Below are positions 20,009-30,304 of a DNA stretch of 64,000 bases, in pieces (the first letter of the stretch is position 1; each line of letters opens with the position of its first letter). Under the pieces are notes generated by a model. The model saw nothing but the letters and a program-made list of their open reading frames with translations. It made no database searches and was not told the DNA's origin. The DNA lies in the IMG/VR virus record IMGVR_UViG_3300023174_000112, positions 26,133-90,132 of that record. One strand, 5' to 3'. Origin of the DNA: a virus. A program made the translations under genes and the position numbers.

Positions 20009-21944
20009 TCCAGTTTCCTGTGCCTTGCCAGGGAAATTTGAAAACAAAATCTTTTCCGAATTCACCAGGTGGATGATCCTGTCCATGAATGAAAATTTCA
20101 TGGTCAAAGTCGGCATGCCAATCACCGTTGATATCTATTTTAAATAGGTACCTGGCTTTGTAGTAACTGTTCATCCTTGGTAAATTAAATACGCCTAGTT
20201 CTTGTGTGTCGTACTCAGGATCAAATTTTAAATCTAATTCATATGGACCCAAGGCCAACCATAGCACTCTTAGCAAAGGCCAAATTTCGTTGACCACAGT
20301 GGCATTCAATGGATGGTCAGTTATTTTGATAATATCAAAATCAAACTGTTCGTAAGGTATGTCAGTGATAATGTTTGCTGGATCATATGTTAATGTATAG
20401 TGCTCGGGCTTTTCCAGGCCTGGCCGCTCATTCATAGTATGAAAACCATGTCTGCGATTTTTTATCAAATGGTTCAAAATAACATTGACACATTTATAAC
20501 GTATCAACCGTTGAAAAATAGTGTTGGTAAAATCATTACTACGCCATTGATGAGTCATTTGATGCTCTGAAATTCCAAACTTTGATCGTTCATAGTTCAA
20601 TGGAGTATCCATGCCAATTTGACAAGTACCAAAACTCCGACCAAATATGTTATAATTTCGAGTGCGCCATAGCAGTGTCATGGTATCTGCTACATCATTG
20701 TAGCCTTCGCCAGGGAACCCCACAAACCAATTGGTGTGACACTGAATGCCTGCCTTTGTAAAATCTTTTAAGTTTTGTTCAACTGCATCTCTCTTAACAT
20801 TCTTTTTCATTAGATCAAGCACACGCTGGCTACCAGATTCGATACCAAAGCTCAACATGCCGCACCCACCTTTTTTGAGAATTTTGATATACTCGAGATC
20901 CATTCGCCCGTCACATCTTGCATATCCCATCCAGTGCAAGTAAATTTTACGGTCAATTAATCCTTGGGCAAATTCTTTTAATTCTTTTAAATTGCCGTTG
21001 ACCAAGCTATCAATAAACCATACACTGGTAATTCCAAGGGTGTTGTATTGATATTCCAGTTCATCTAATATGTTGGTTGCTTGCCTACCCCGATATCTCC
21101 AAAAAGTGGTTTCGCTACAAAATTGACACTTTGCCACACATCCTCGACTGAGTTCGGCACTCACGCCTTTTTGGTTATACATTGATAGATCAAAATCGCT
21201 GTAGTCTGGGTATGGTAAACTGTCAAGATCTATTCTGATACTTTTGTCATGCACTAGAAATTTTTCATCAATCTTGATACCAGATTCAATTTTTTCCATT
21301 AAATCTAAGAATACCACTTCTCCTTCGCCCACTACAATATGATCTATTATGCTGGTATCTTCAATTTTTTCTTGTATGGCAGTTGGACCACCTGCAATTA
21401 TAACAATATCAGGTAAAAGGATACGCAGTTGTTGAATCATCCATTTTGTGGCTTTGTTGGTAGTGGTAAAAATACTAAATCCCATGACATCGGGTTTGAA
21501 TGCCACAATTTTTTCCAAGTATTCATTCAACAGGGGTTCGATCATTGGATGTATTTCGGTATAATAATCATCGTTGGTCCACTTCCAATCCTTGTACCCG
21601 CCCCAATAAGTTTTGTCAAATTTTGAATAGCATGCGGCATTTATATCATATGACACAGTTGCAAATCCACTGGCTCTACTGAGTGCAGTGATCCTGGCCA
21701 AGTTATATGGAGGAATGTACGGGGCCCACTCAGGCAGTAGAGCCAATGCCAACCGTGTTTTTCTAGTAGATTGATGATTGATAACAGGTTGAATGAGATT
21801 TTTTTGTGGTGTTGATTTTCTGAGATTGGCCAGCTGCAATGCCTTGAGCATGGCCATATCCCGAGCGCCACCATCGGTGGTTTCAACTAATTTTGTGAGA
21901 TCTGGAGCAGCCGCAGACTGTATATCAAAAATCTTATTATTCAT
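19992..21944 (-). CDS. Cobalamin-binding radical SAM enzyme (class B methyltransferase-like)
   Basis: B12-binding region (PDVMGFS, IIAGGP, VVGEGE), SRGCVAKCQFC, FGIESGSQRVL, GFPGE; TAAATA 4 nt upstream. Confidence 0.9.
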   Translation of the reverse strand: MNNKIFDIQSAAAPDLTKLVETTDGGARDMAMLKALQLANLRKSTPQKNLIQPVINHQSTRKTRLALALLPEWAPYIPPYNLARITALSRASGFATVSYDINAACYSKFDKTYWGGYKDWKWTNDDYYTEIHPMIEPLLNEYLEKIVAFKPDVMGFSIFTTTNKATKWMIQQLRILLPDIVIIAGGPTAIQEKIEDTSIIDHIVVGEGEVVFLDLMEKIESGIKIDEKFLVHDKSIRIDLDSLPYPDYSDFDLSMYNQKGVSAELSRGCVAKCQFCSETTFWRYRGRQATNILDELEYQYNTLGITSVWFIDSLVNGNLKELKEFAQGLIDRKIYLHWMGYARCDGRMDLEYIKILKKGGCGMLSFGIESGSQRVLDLMKKNVKRDAVEQNLKDFTKAGIQCHTNWFVGFPGEGYNDVADTMTLLWRTRNYNIFGRSFGTCQIGMDTPLNYERSKFGISEHQMTHQWRSNDFTNTIFQRLIRYKCVNVILNHLIKNRRHGFHTMNERPGLEKPEHYTLTYDPANIITDIPYEQFDFDIIKITDHPLNATVVNEIWPLLRVLWLALGPYELDLKFDPEYDTQELGVFNLPRMNSYYKARYLFKIDINGDWHADFDHEIFIHGQDHPPGEFGKDFVFKFPWQGTGNWIRPIQ

Positions 21945-22010
21945 AGCGTATTTACAGCAATTGGATAACTATGATATTGTTTCTTTATTTGAAAGATGTT
22001 AATATACACT

Positions 22011-22667
22011 ATGAGTAAAATTATTGGCGTTTGTGGATTTATTGGTTCAGGCAAAGATACCATTGCAGATTATCTTGTAAATTTACATCACTTCCGTAGA
22101 GAAAGTTTTGCCAACACACTCAAAGACGCTGTGAGTGCTGTGTTTGGCTGGGACCGGACCATGCTGGAGGGCCGCACCAAGCAAGCCCGTGAATGGCGTG
22201 AACAAGTGGATCCTTGGTGGGCCGAACGTCTGGGAATACCACACTTGACACCACGTTGGATATTACAAAACTGGGGCACAGAAGTATGCCGCAAAAATTT
22301 TCACGATGACATTTGGATTGCCAGCTTGGAAAACAAACTACGTGCCAGCACCGACGACATTGTTATAAGCGACTGCAGATTTCCCAACGAAATAGCAGCC
22401 ATCAAAAAAGCTGGTGGGCGGGTGGTGCGTGTGGTACGTGGCGCTGAGCCTGAGTGGTATGGCGCAGCCGTGAGCCGCAATCGTGGACCCAACGGCAACT
22501 CAAGCTGGGCACTCAGTGGCAGGAAACTAGAACAACTGGGCATTCATGACAGTGAAACAGCCTGGGTAGGCACACGATTTGATGCTGTGCTAGACAACAA
22601 TGGTACCTTGGAAGACCTATATCAGCAGGTCAAGCGTCTGGCTCAAGATCCCCCGGCCGCCAAATAG
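22011..22667 (+). CDS. gp1: Deoxynucleoside monophosphate kinase
   Basis: GFIGSGKDT P-loop, SFANTLKD, TPRWILQNWGTE, ISDCRFPNE. Confidence 0.9.
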   Translation: MSKIIGVCGFIGSGKDTIADYLVNLHHFRRESFANTLKDAVSAVFGWDRTMLEGRTKQAREWREQVDPWWAERLGIPHLTPRWILQNWGTEVCRKNFHDDIWIASLENKLRASTDDIVISDCRFPNEIAAIKKAGGRVVRVVRGAEPEWYGAAVSRNRGPNGNSSWALSGRKLEQLGIHDSETAWVGTRFDAVLDNNGTLEDLYQQVKRLAQDPPAAK

Positions 22668-22974
22668 TTTCAACACGTGAAATTTCTTCCACACAATTCC
22701 TGCACACTGTGCGAAGATTTTTCAAAGCTGAATTGTTGAGATCTCCATCCACATGATAAACCAGCAGTTGACTGATAATTCTAGCCCTGAACCCACATCG
22801 ATCACATGTGGGTTTTTTCTTGTATCCTGAGGATTGCCAACGAGGCACTGGCGGCTTTAGTTTTTTTCTTTTTTTGATGCAAGTGGTACACTGAGATCGA
22901 TAATACACTCGATCGTATTTGTGGTAAGCAATGGCTCGGTGCCGGATTTTACAAACGCTACACATGGGTCTCAT
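22630..22974 (-). CDS. Zn-finger/HNH-like protein
   Basis: Four CxxC pairs and VYHVDGDLNN..NL..VCRNC; TAAATA 5 nt upstream. Confidence 0.7.
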   Translation of the reverse strand: MRPMCSVCKIRHRAIAYHKYDRVYYRSQCTTCIKKRKKLKPPVPRWQSSGYKKKPTCDRCGFRARIISQLLVYHVDGDLNNSALKNLRTVCRNCVEEISRVETIWRPGDLEPDA

Positions 22975-23037
22975 ACGGTTATTTATCATACGGACCTATA
23001 TATAGGCCGCCGTAACACACCTTTTTTTGGATATACC

Positions 23038-23045
23038 TATAAATA
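23038..23045 (+). promoter_or_regulatory. T4-type late promoter TATAAATA
   Basis: Exact consensus upstream of the sheath gene, with AAGGAAG SD. Confidence 0.75.
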
Positions 23046-23070
23046 TCTACAACTTGAAAAGGAAGCAATC

Positions 23071-26000
23071 ATGGCACTAACATCACCAGGCGTAGAAGTA
23101 GTAGTAATTGACGAAAGTCAGTATATCCCTTCTGCGGTAAACACAGTACCCTATTTTTTAATCGCCACTGCACAGAACAAAGCTGATGCAGCCGGCGTAG
23201 GCGTTGCAGCCGGCACAACTGCTGCTAATGCAAACAAAGTTTATCTCATTACCAGTCAGCGAGATTTGGCAGCCACTTATGGTGTGCCATTCTTCTACAA
23301 CACCACAACTGGCACACCTATCAACGGATACGAACTCAACGAATATGGTTTGTTGGCAGCGTATTCTGCACTGGGAGTTACAAACCGTGCATATATTCAA
23401 CGTGTGGACATTGATTTGACAGAACTCACTGCAAGTTTGAGTCGTCCCACAGGCAATGCCAACAATGGTTCTTATTGGTTGGATGCCAGCACCAGTCTTT
23501 GGGGCATTTTCCAATGGAATCAAACCACCGCTGCATTCACAAATCAAGTGCCCATGGTACTCACCAGCACAGCTGATGTTGTAGATGCGGCCACTGAAGA
23601 CTACACTCCTTTGCAAACTATTGGTAGCATTGGTGACTATGCAGTCAGCGCAGTCAGCACCGACAATCAAACATATTACAAACGCGGTGGCCCTACTGCT
23701 ACTGAAACTAGTGTCACCGCATTGAGCAATCTTTACAACACCTGGGTACTGGTGGGCAGTGATAATTGGAAAACTTCTTGGCCCGCAGTGCAAGGAACAA
23801 ATTCAGTTAGCGTTGCATTGACCAATGGTTACAACATGTATCTCAATGGTCAGTTGGTCACAGTTGGCGCAGGTGGTACGGCACTTACTGTTGCTGGATT
23901 TGCAACAGCCATCAACAATGCCAACATCACAGGCGTGTATGCAGCCTCTATCAGCAACAAGCTCACAATTTATGCTGATTCAACTGCAAGCAACGACGGA
24001 TCAACTGCTAACGGTGGCGTTGTTTCAGTTATTGCTGGTCCCAATGGTGGTACTTCTTTGTTGACAACATTGGGTATTGCAGATGCTGAATATCGTGCTC
24101 CAAGTTATTTGCCAGGATACAGCTATCAAGCACCACGTTGGTCATCAACTCAACCACAACCAGCACCCACAGGTAGTGTGTGGCAAAACATCAGCTCAGC
24201 AGGCAACGGTATGAGTTTGAAAGTCAAAACATACAGTGCCGCATTGGATACATGGGTACCACAAGTCAGCAACGTTTACGGCAATGACGCTGAAGCCAAC
24301 TACACACTTGACCCCACAGGCGGCGGCAGAAACATTCCAGTAGGCACAACTTATGTGCAATGGGGTGTATTAGACTATGTTGATAACCAGCCCGTTTCGG
24401 CTTTTACTTTGCTTGAAAGAAATGCTCTAGGAGCCACTGTAATTACAGGTGACACTGTGCCTACCACCTTTATAAGTGGTAACAGTTTTAACTTGGCTGC
24501 TTCCCAAGCCGGCTCATCTGCATACATTGACTATACAGTGACTTTGGCTGGCACAACAGTCAGTGCATTTATCAATGCTGTGAGCGCTGCCAACATTCCT
24601 TATGTTAGCGCATCTGTTAATACTGCTGGTAACATTGTGTTTACACACAGCCAAGGTGGATCAATTTATTTGTTGAATGTCACTGGCACGCCAATTACAA
24701 CTGCAGGCTTTACATTGAGCACTACCAATGTAAGACAATCTTCCTACAATGCCACTGAATTGGTTTTGAGTAATTGGGTTACCGCACCTGAATTCACTTA
24801 TACTGCCAGCGACACTGCACCAGATCAAAATCCTGCAGACGGACGTTTGTGGTATTACAGTTCAGTGGATGACGTTGACATCATGATCCAAGAAAATGGA
24901 GAGTGGATGGGTTATCAAAACGTAACCAACGACACACGTGGCTTTGATTTGACATTGACCAATGCATCTGGTCCTATTGTTGCAGCAACAGCACCTACCA
25001 CACAAAACAACACAGCCGAAAGCCCATTGCAATACGGTGACTTGTGGATTGACAGCAGCGACTTAGAAAACTATCCCATGTTGTATCGTTGGGAACAAGT
25101 CAGTGGTGTTGATCAATGGGTGTCAGTCAACACTACAGATCAAACATCATCAAATGGTATTTTGTTTGCTGATGCACGTTGGGCACCAAACGGCACAACA
25201 GATCCAGTGGCAGATCCATTCCCGACCATTGTGAGTTTGTTGACCAGTGACTATTTGGACTTGGATGCGCCTGATCCTGCACTGTACCCCCAAGGTATGT
25301 TGTTGTGGAACACACGCCGTTCAGGGTACAATGTCAAGAGCTTCCAATTGAACTATTTCAATTCAACCACATTCCCTGATGATATATTGCCCACAGTGAC
25401 CAACACATGGCTCACAACGTCAGGCAACAAAGCTGATGGTGCAATGTATGCTGGTCGTCAGGCACAACGTGCATTGATTGTGGCTGCAATGAAATCAGGT
25501 CTTGATACAAGTTTAACAGCAAGAGAAGAGCAAAATCAATTCAACTTGATTGCGGCTCCTGCTTATCCTGAACTGGCACCAAACATGGTTGCACTCAGCA
25601 ATGAACGTGCCAACACACTGTTTGTGGTGGGTGATACTCCCATGCGTTTGGCGGCCAACGGAACTGACCTGGTCACTTACGCCACAGACAACGGTGGATT
25701 AGGATTACCAACAGGAGATGGATTGGTCATTGGATCGCCTTACTCTGCTGTTTTCTATCCTTCATGTCAGACCACAGACTTGTCAGGCAACATAGTTGTA
25801 CAACCGCCAAGTCACATGATGATACGCACAATCTTGCGCAGTGATGCTGTGAGTTATCCATGGTTGGCTCCTGCTGGCACACGTCGTGGTGTGATTGACA
25901 ATGCCACAGCAATTGGTTATATCCAATCAGCCACTGGTGAGTTTGTACAAACCGCCATTGGACAAGGCTTGCGTGATGTGTTGTATTCATACAATATCAA

Positions 26001-26400
26001 TCCAATTACATTTATTCCAGGAGTTGGTATCACTAACTTTGGTAACAAAACACGCCAAGCCACCAACACTGCATTGGATCGTATCAACGTTGCTCGACTG
26101 ATTTGTTTCTTGCGTGGTCGCTTAGAAGAAATTGGCAAACAGTATTTGTTTGAACCCAACGATCAAATCACACGCAATCAGATCAGCAATACCATCAACA
26201 GTTTGATGATTGACCTTGTGGCTAAACGTGCCTTGTACGATTACTTGGTGGTGTGTGATTTGAGCAACAATACTCCATTCCGCATTGACAACAATGAACT
26301 ATGGGTTGACGTAGCTATTGAACCAGTGAAAGCTGTGGAGTTTATCTATATTCCACTGCGCATCAAGAACACTGGAGAAATCAGCGGTGTGGCAGCATAA
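23071..26400 (+). CDS. gp18: Tail sheath protein
   Basis: MALTSPGVEV N-terminus; C-terminal PWLAPAGTRRG, INPI, FGNKT, LDRINVARL, LFEPND, VEFIYIP. Confidence 0.95.
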   Translation: MALTSPGVEVVVIDESQYIPSAVNTVPYFLIATAQNKADAAGVGVAAGTTAANANKVYLITSQRDLAATYGVPFFYNTTTGTPINGYELNEYGLLAAYSALGVTNRAYIQRVDIDLTELTASLSRPTGNANNGSYWLDASTSLWGIFQWNQTTAAFTNQVPMVLTSTADVVDAATEDYTPLQTIGSIGDYAVSAVSTDNQTYYKRGGPTATETSVTALSNLYNTWVLVGSDNWKTSWPAVQGTNSVSVALTNGYNMYLNGQLVTVGAGGTALTVAGFATAINNANITGVYAASISNKLTIYADSTASNDGSTANGGVVSVIAGPNGGTSLLTTLGIADAEYRAPSYLPGYSYQAPRWSSTQPQPAPTGSVWQNISSAGNGMSLKVKTYSAALDTWVPQVSNVYGNDAEANYTLDPTGGGRNIPVGTTYVQWGVLDYVDNQPVSAFTLLERNALGATVITGDTVPTTFISGNSFNLAASQAGSSAYIDYTVTLAGTTVSAFINAVSAANIPYVSASVNTAGNIVFTHSQGGSIYLLNVTGTPITTAGFTLSTTNVRQSSYNATELVLSNWVTAPEFTYTASDTAPDQNPADGRLWYYSSVDDVDIMIQENGEWMGYQNVTNDTRGFDLTLTNASGPIVAATAPTTQNNTAESPLQYGDLWIDSSDLENYPMLYRWEQVSGVDQWVSVNTTDQTSSNGILFADARWAPNGTTDPVADPFPTIVSLLTSDYLDLDAPDPALYPQGMLLWNTRRSGYNVKSFQLNYFNSTTFPDDILPTVTNTWLTTSGNKADGAMYAGRQAQRALIVAAMKSGLDTSLTAREEQNQFNLIAAPAYPELAPNMVALSNERANTLFVVGDTPMRLAANGTDLVTYATDNGGLGLPTGDGLVIGSPYSAVFYPSCQTTDLSGNIVVQPPSHMMIRTILRSDAVSYPWLAPAGTRRGVIDNATAIGYIQSATGEFVQTAIGQGLRDVLYSYNINPITFIPGVGITNFGNKTRQATNTALDRINVARLICFLRGRLEEIGKQYLFEPNDQITRNQISNTINSLMIDLVAKRALYDYLVVCDLSNNTPFRIDNNELWVDVAIEPVKAVEFIYIPLRIKNTGEISGVAA

Positions 26401-26443
26401 TGAAACGGGGGCCTGATTACCAGGCCTCCATTTCAGGTAAATA
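26401..26443 (+). promoter_or_regulatory. Intergenic hairpin followed by late promoter TAAATA
   Basis: tgaaa.ggggcctg-attac-caggcctc.tttca, then TAAATA at 26438 and AGGAG SD. Confidence 0.65.
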
Positions 26444-26465
26444 AACACAACAGGAGATATAACAA

Positions 26466-27101
26466 ATGCCATCAGCATCACTAAACAATATGACAGTACC
26501 ATTGGCCAGCGATCAAAGCGCTAGTAGCCAAGGTCTGTTGATGCCCAAACTCAAATATCGCTTTAGAGTGAGTTTTGAAAATTTTGGACCACAAAGTGCA
26601 ACCCCAGTAACTGAATTAACCAAACAAGTGATAAGTTTTACTCGCCCTAACTTGACCTTTGAAGAAATTGCATTGCCTATTTACAATTCAACACTGAAAC
26701 TGGCTGGACGTCATTCATGGGCCGACTGCACATGTTCAGTGCGTGATGACGCTGGTGGTAACATTACCACTTTGATCGGACAGCAAATGCAGAAACAAAT
26801 GGACTTTTTGGAAATGAGTTCGGCTGCATCCGGCATCGATTACAAATTCACAACCAAAGTTGAAGTACTTGACGGCGGCAATGGTGCCACTGCTCCAGTG
26901 GTATTGGAAACATGGGAACTGTATGGTTGTTACCTCAAAGGTGCCAACTACGGTGACTTGAACTACGGCACTAACGAAGCAGTCACAGTAGAAATGACCA
27001 TTGCTTACGACAACGCCAATCAAAGCCCAACTGGTGTTGGTGTTGGTACAGGATTTGGACGTACTATTGCAGGTGCTGTTACAGGTGCCGGTCAGGCTTA
27101 A
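26466..27101 (+). CDS. gp19: Tail tube protein
   Basis: Follows the sheath gene; PKLKYRFRV..RP..AGRHSW..WELYGC..L.Y..YD pattern. Confidence 0.85.
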   Translation: MPSASLNNMTVPLASDQSASSQGLLMPKLKYRFRVSFENFGPQSATPVTELTKQVISFTRPNLTFEEIALPIYNSTLKLAGRHSWADCTCSVRDDAGGNITTLIGQQMQKQMDFLEMSSAASGIDYKFTTKVEVLDGGNGATAPVVLETWELYGCYLKGANYGDLNYGTNEAVTVEMTIAYDNANQSPTGVGVGTGFGRTIAGAVTGAGQA

Positions 27102-27103
27102 AC

Positions 27104-28351
27104 ATGTCAAATTTTGGACAAGACTTCCTCAAAGGGGTCACCCAAGGGATTGACTTCAAAAGTTTTGGCAAAAATGTAGTCGAAGGATTCATAGGCAACG
27201 ATGTCTTGCGTGATTACACTCACGCAAGCAAAACTTTTACCACCAACGCCTACGAACTCAAACCAAGATTTAAGTTTTTATTTCATGTCAGCTTCACGCT
27301 GAATGTCACCGAGATTCCTTATTTGAATGGTGCATTCAGTGCCGACGATCAAATGAATCTCAGTCTCACAGTAAAAACTGTTGACCTCCCCAAGTTTACC
27401 ATCGAAACTGACACACTGAACCAGTACAATCGCAAAAGAATTATACAGAAAAAACTCAAGTATGAGCCAGTGAATATAACATTTCATGACACCAGCAATG
27501 ATTTGGTGCGTAAAATGTGGTATTACTACATGAGCTACTACTACAAAGATCCATCAAACCGATACCTAGATCCCAACAACAACAATGGCACCAATGGTGC
27601 CAGTAGCTTGCGACAAGCAGGCTTTGGCTACAACGATCGAGACATCTACGACCGACAACGCATTGGCAATGTCAACGACTGGGGTTACATTGGCGAAGCC
27701 TACAACGATGGCAACACTACTGGTACCACTGGCAAACCCCCATTTTTCAGAGACATCAGAATTTACGGCATGGACCAACGCAAGTTTGCTGAATATGTTT
27801 TGATCAATCCATTGATTACCAGTTGGTCCGGTGACACATACAGTTATGCCGAAGGTGGCGGCATCATGCAGAACACCATGACCGTAGACTATGAAACAGT
27901 GAAATACTATTCAGGTGCTGTAGGCTCGGCACAATCTGGCGGAGATCCAAATGTGCAAGGATTTGCCACTGATGCACACTATGACAAAACAGTCAGCCCC
28001 ATTGCTAGGCCTGGCGCCAATGCCACAGTGTTTGGCCAAGGCGGCCTGTTGGAAACTGGTGCCGGAATCATTGGCGACCTGCAAAGTGGTAGTGTGCTGG
28101 GCTTGATTGGTGCCGCGCAAAAAGCAGCACGTCTCAATCAAACATTCAAAGGCAAAAATCTTGGCAGCCTGGCTGCCAGTGAAGCTGTGAGACTAGGAAC
28201 ACAAACCATTCAACAAGGTGTCACACCAGGTGGTGTCAGAGCAGTGGCCAACAAAGTTGATGGATGGATATTCCCCACGCCACAAAACACTGGACAAAAT
28301 GGATCAGCTCAAGGCAGAACCAATCCCAACCCATTGACAAATCAGAGATGA
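27104..28351 (+). CDS. Tail-tube-fold protein (tube initiator/baseplate, gp48/gp54-like)
   Basis: VKTVDLPKF..NQYNRKR..YEPVNITFHD..YETVKY; lies next to the tube gene. Confidence 0.6.
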   Translation: MSNFGQDFLKGVTQGIDFKSFGKNVVEGFIGNDVLRDYTHASKTFTTNAYELKPRFKFLFHVSFTLNVTEIPYLNGAFSADDQMNLSLTVKTVDLPKFTIETDTLNQYNRKRIIQKKLKYEPVNITFHDTSNDLVRKMWYYYMSYYYKDPSNRYLDPNNNNGTNGASSLRQAGFGYNDRDIYDRQRIGNVNDWGYIGEAYNDGNTTGTTGKPPFFRDIRIYGMDQRKFAEYVLINPLITSWSGDTYSYAEGGGIMQNTMTVDYETVKYYSGAVGSAQSGGDPNVQGFATDAHYDKTVSPIARPGANATVFGQGGLLETGAGIIGDLQSGSVLGLIGAAQKAARLNQTFKGKNLGSLAASEAVRLGTQTIQQGVTPGGVRAVANKVDGWIFPTPQNTGQNGSAQGRTNPNPLTNQR

Positions 28352-28707
28352 GTACTGTAAATTACACCAATCCCAACACAGACTTGTCTGTGAGAATTTT
28401 TGACAGCTTCTATGACTATGATGTCAATATTCCCGCTGACGAATATGATGTGGTACACACTTATTTTTTAAGTGTGATGACCACCCGGCAAGCTGCTGGA
28501 AACTTTACTGTGAGTTTGTTCAGAGTAGCACAAGACACTGGCATTAACCCACTGACATTGTTGAAAGAATTTCAAGGTCTCAATGGCACAAATCTCAGTG
28601 CAAGTTTAGCCTATTATCTCAACAGTATTCGCAGTAGAGCTACACTGTTGGGGGTTGGAGCTCCTGTGACTCCAAACTTTTATCAGGCTAGAAATGTATT
28701 GGTATGA
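28348..28707 (+). CDS. Hypothetical virion/morphogenesis protein
   Basis: ATGA overlaps with both neighbours. Confidence 0.7.
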   Translation: MSTVNYTNPNTDLSVRIFDSFYDYDVNIPADEYDVVHTYFLSVMTTRQAAGNFTVSLFRVAQDTGINPLTLLKEFQGLNGTNLSASLAYYLNSIRSRATLLGVGAPVTPNFYQARNVLV

Positions 28708-29135
28708 GTCACTGGGCACAAGGACCGTACACAGTAATTAACCGCGAAAAATACGTGGGCAATGGCACACCACGTTATAGATCTGGGTGGGAACTCAGCT
28801 TCATGAAGTTTTGCGATAGCAATGATCATGTGTTGCAGTGGGCAAGTGAGAGCATTGCTATTCCGTATCGTCATCCACTCACAGGCAAGATGACACAGTA
28901 CATTCCAGATTTTTTGATCACGTATCGTACCAGCAACAACACAATCAAAGCCGAGTTAATCGAAATCAAGCCTAAAAAACAAAGCGTGGTAGAATCAAAA
29001 ATGAGTGCCAAAGATCGTGCTGTAGTGGCAATAAACTACGCCAAATGGGATGCAGCCACCAAATGGGCACGCCGCAACGGGCTGATGTTTAGAGTCATCA
29101 CTGAGAACGATATGTTTCACAACGGCCGAGCTTGA
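28704..29135 (+). CDS. gp4: Head completion nuclease, T4 gp4-like (TnsA-like fold)
   Basis: KYVG..YRSGWE..WASE..IPY..YIPDF..EIKP..KWDAA..FRVITE. Confidence 0.9.
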   Translation: MSHWAQGPYTVINREKYVGNGTPRYRSGWELSFMKFCDSNDHVLQWASESIAIPYRHPLTGKMTQYIPDFLITYRTSNNTIKAELIEIKPKKQSVVESKMSAKDRAVVAINYAKWDAATKWARRNGLMFRVITENDMFHNGRA

Positions 29136-29149
29136 CCCATAAATAGGGC

Positions 29150-29671
29150 ATGACTCGTAAACTGGAAGAACTATTTGATTTGCCCACAACAGAACAGGCC
29201 GAAGTAGCAGCCGCAGTTGATGCCATCAGTCGTGACGATGTGCGCACTCAACTACAAACCCTGGATGAAACCATAGACAAAATTGATTCTGCCTTGCCCG
29301 GAGTGCGTGGCCTAGAAGCCAATGACGAAGAAATGGACAATCTAGCAGACTTGGCCAAAAGCAGTTACAATGATCTCATGGATCTTGGTATGCAAGTGGA
29401 CTCAAGATTTGCCAGCGAAATCTTCAGTGTAGCCAGCAACATGTTGGGACATGCCATCACAGCAAAAACAGCCAAGATGGACAAGAAGCTGAAAATGATT
29501 GACTTGCAGTTGAAGAAGATGCGGCTGGATCAGCAACAAAGTGTGATAGATGCCAAGGCCGCAGATGCCGGCGGCGAAGCCATGCAAACAGCACAGGGCA
29601 TGGTGCTGAGTCGCAATGATCTGCTGGAACGACTGTTGGCCAGCAAAGATCAAAAAGATAAAAAAGAATAA
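29150..29671 (+). CDS. Putative terminase small subunit
   Basis: Helical protein with SRFASEIFSVA..KLKMIDLQ and a C-terminal SRNDLL; position in the packaging region; late box 4 nt upstream. Confidence 0.5.
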   Translation: MTRKLEELFDLPTTEQAEVAAAVDAISRDDVRTQLQTLDETIDKIDSALPGVRGLEANDEEMDNLADLAKSSYNDLMDLGMQVDSRFASEIFSVASNMLGHAITAKTAKMDKKLKMIDLQLKKMRLDQQQSVIDAKAADAGGEAMQTAQGMVLSRNDLLERLLASKDQKDKKE

Positions 29672-29691
29672 ATATGTTACAGGAACCTGAT

Positions 29692-30300
29692 ATGAAAAAT
29701 TTTGCCCATTACCTAGCCGAAAGCGAACGTACCTACAACTATCGTATCAAACTGCTGGGTAAACCACCTGGCGATTTGGTGTCGCAGTTGAAGAAAAAGC
29801 TGGATCAATTTGATCCTGTAAAGATGGGTGATCCCAAGACTACCCCTATACAGATCATACCCACTGACTTTCCCAATCACAAAAATGATTCGGTCACAAT
29901 GTTTGATGTCAGTTTCAAGTATCCAGCCATTGAGCCACAGATCAAACAACTGGCACAGTTGTTGGGTTTTGACCCCAATCACATCATCATGCAGACCACA
30001 CCACACGTGGATGGCCTGGTGGATGAGTACGAACAAATTGATGCTGAAAACAAAGACCTGTTGGGTGACACTGATTACCCTGCTCCTGACGCAGAACAAC
30101 GTGCATTGAGCAAAGACTACTCAACTGGTCCTTATGACCATGCTGTGTTGAAAAATGCATACCGCAGTGACTTCACCATTGCTGGTGGTAAAACACCACC
30201 TGCTAAAACCACAAATGATATTGCTCAAGGCGATAAGAGCCCAATGACCAAGATCAATCGTCCACCCAAGCCAGCTACTGGCGCCAACCCAAGAGGATAA
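29692..30300 (+). CDS. Putative internal head protein
   Basis: N-terminus MKNFAHYLAE resembles a T4 capsid-targeting sequence; TAAATA at 29669. Confidence 0.6.
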   Translation: MKNFAHYLAESERTYNYRIKLLGKPPGDLVSQLKKKLDQFDPVKMGDPKTTPIQIIPTDFPNHKNDSVTMFDVSFKYPAIEPQIKQLAQLLGFDPNHIIMQTTPHVDGLVDEYEQIDAENKDLLGDTDYPAPDAEQRALSKDYSTGPYDHAVLKNAYRSDFTIAGGKTPPAKTTNDIAQGDKSPMTKINRPPKPATGANPRG

Positions 30301-30304
30301 TACA

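Noticed and set aside
22921-23070. Upstream extensions of ORF-track starts (sheath; also 40706, 46330, 47908, 48720, 51091, 62000, 62308)
   Set aside because: Downstream starts fit SD or promoter positions and stop-start overlaps better.
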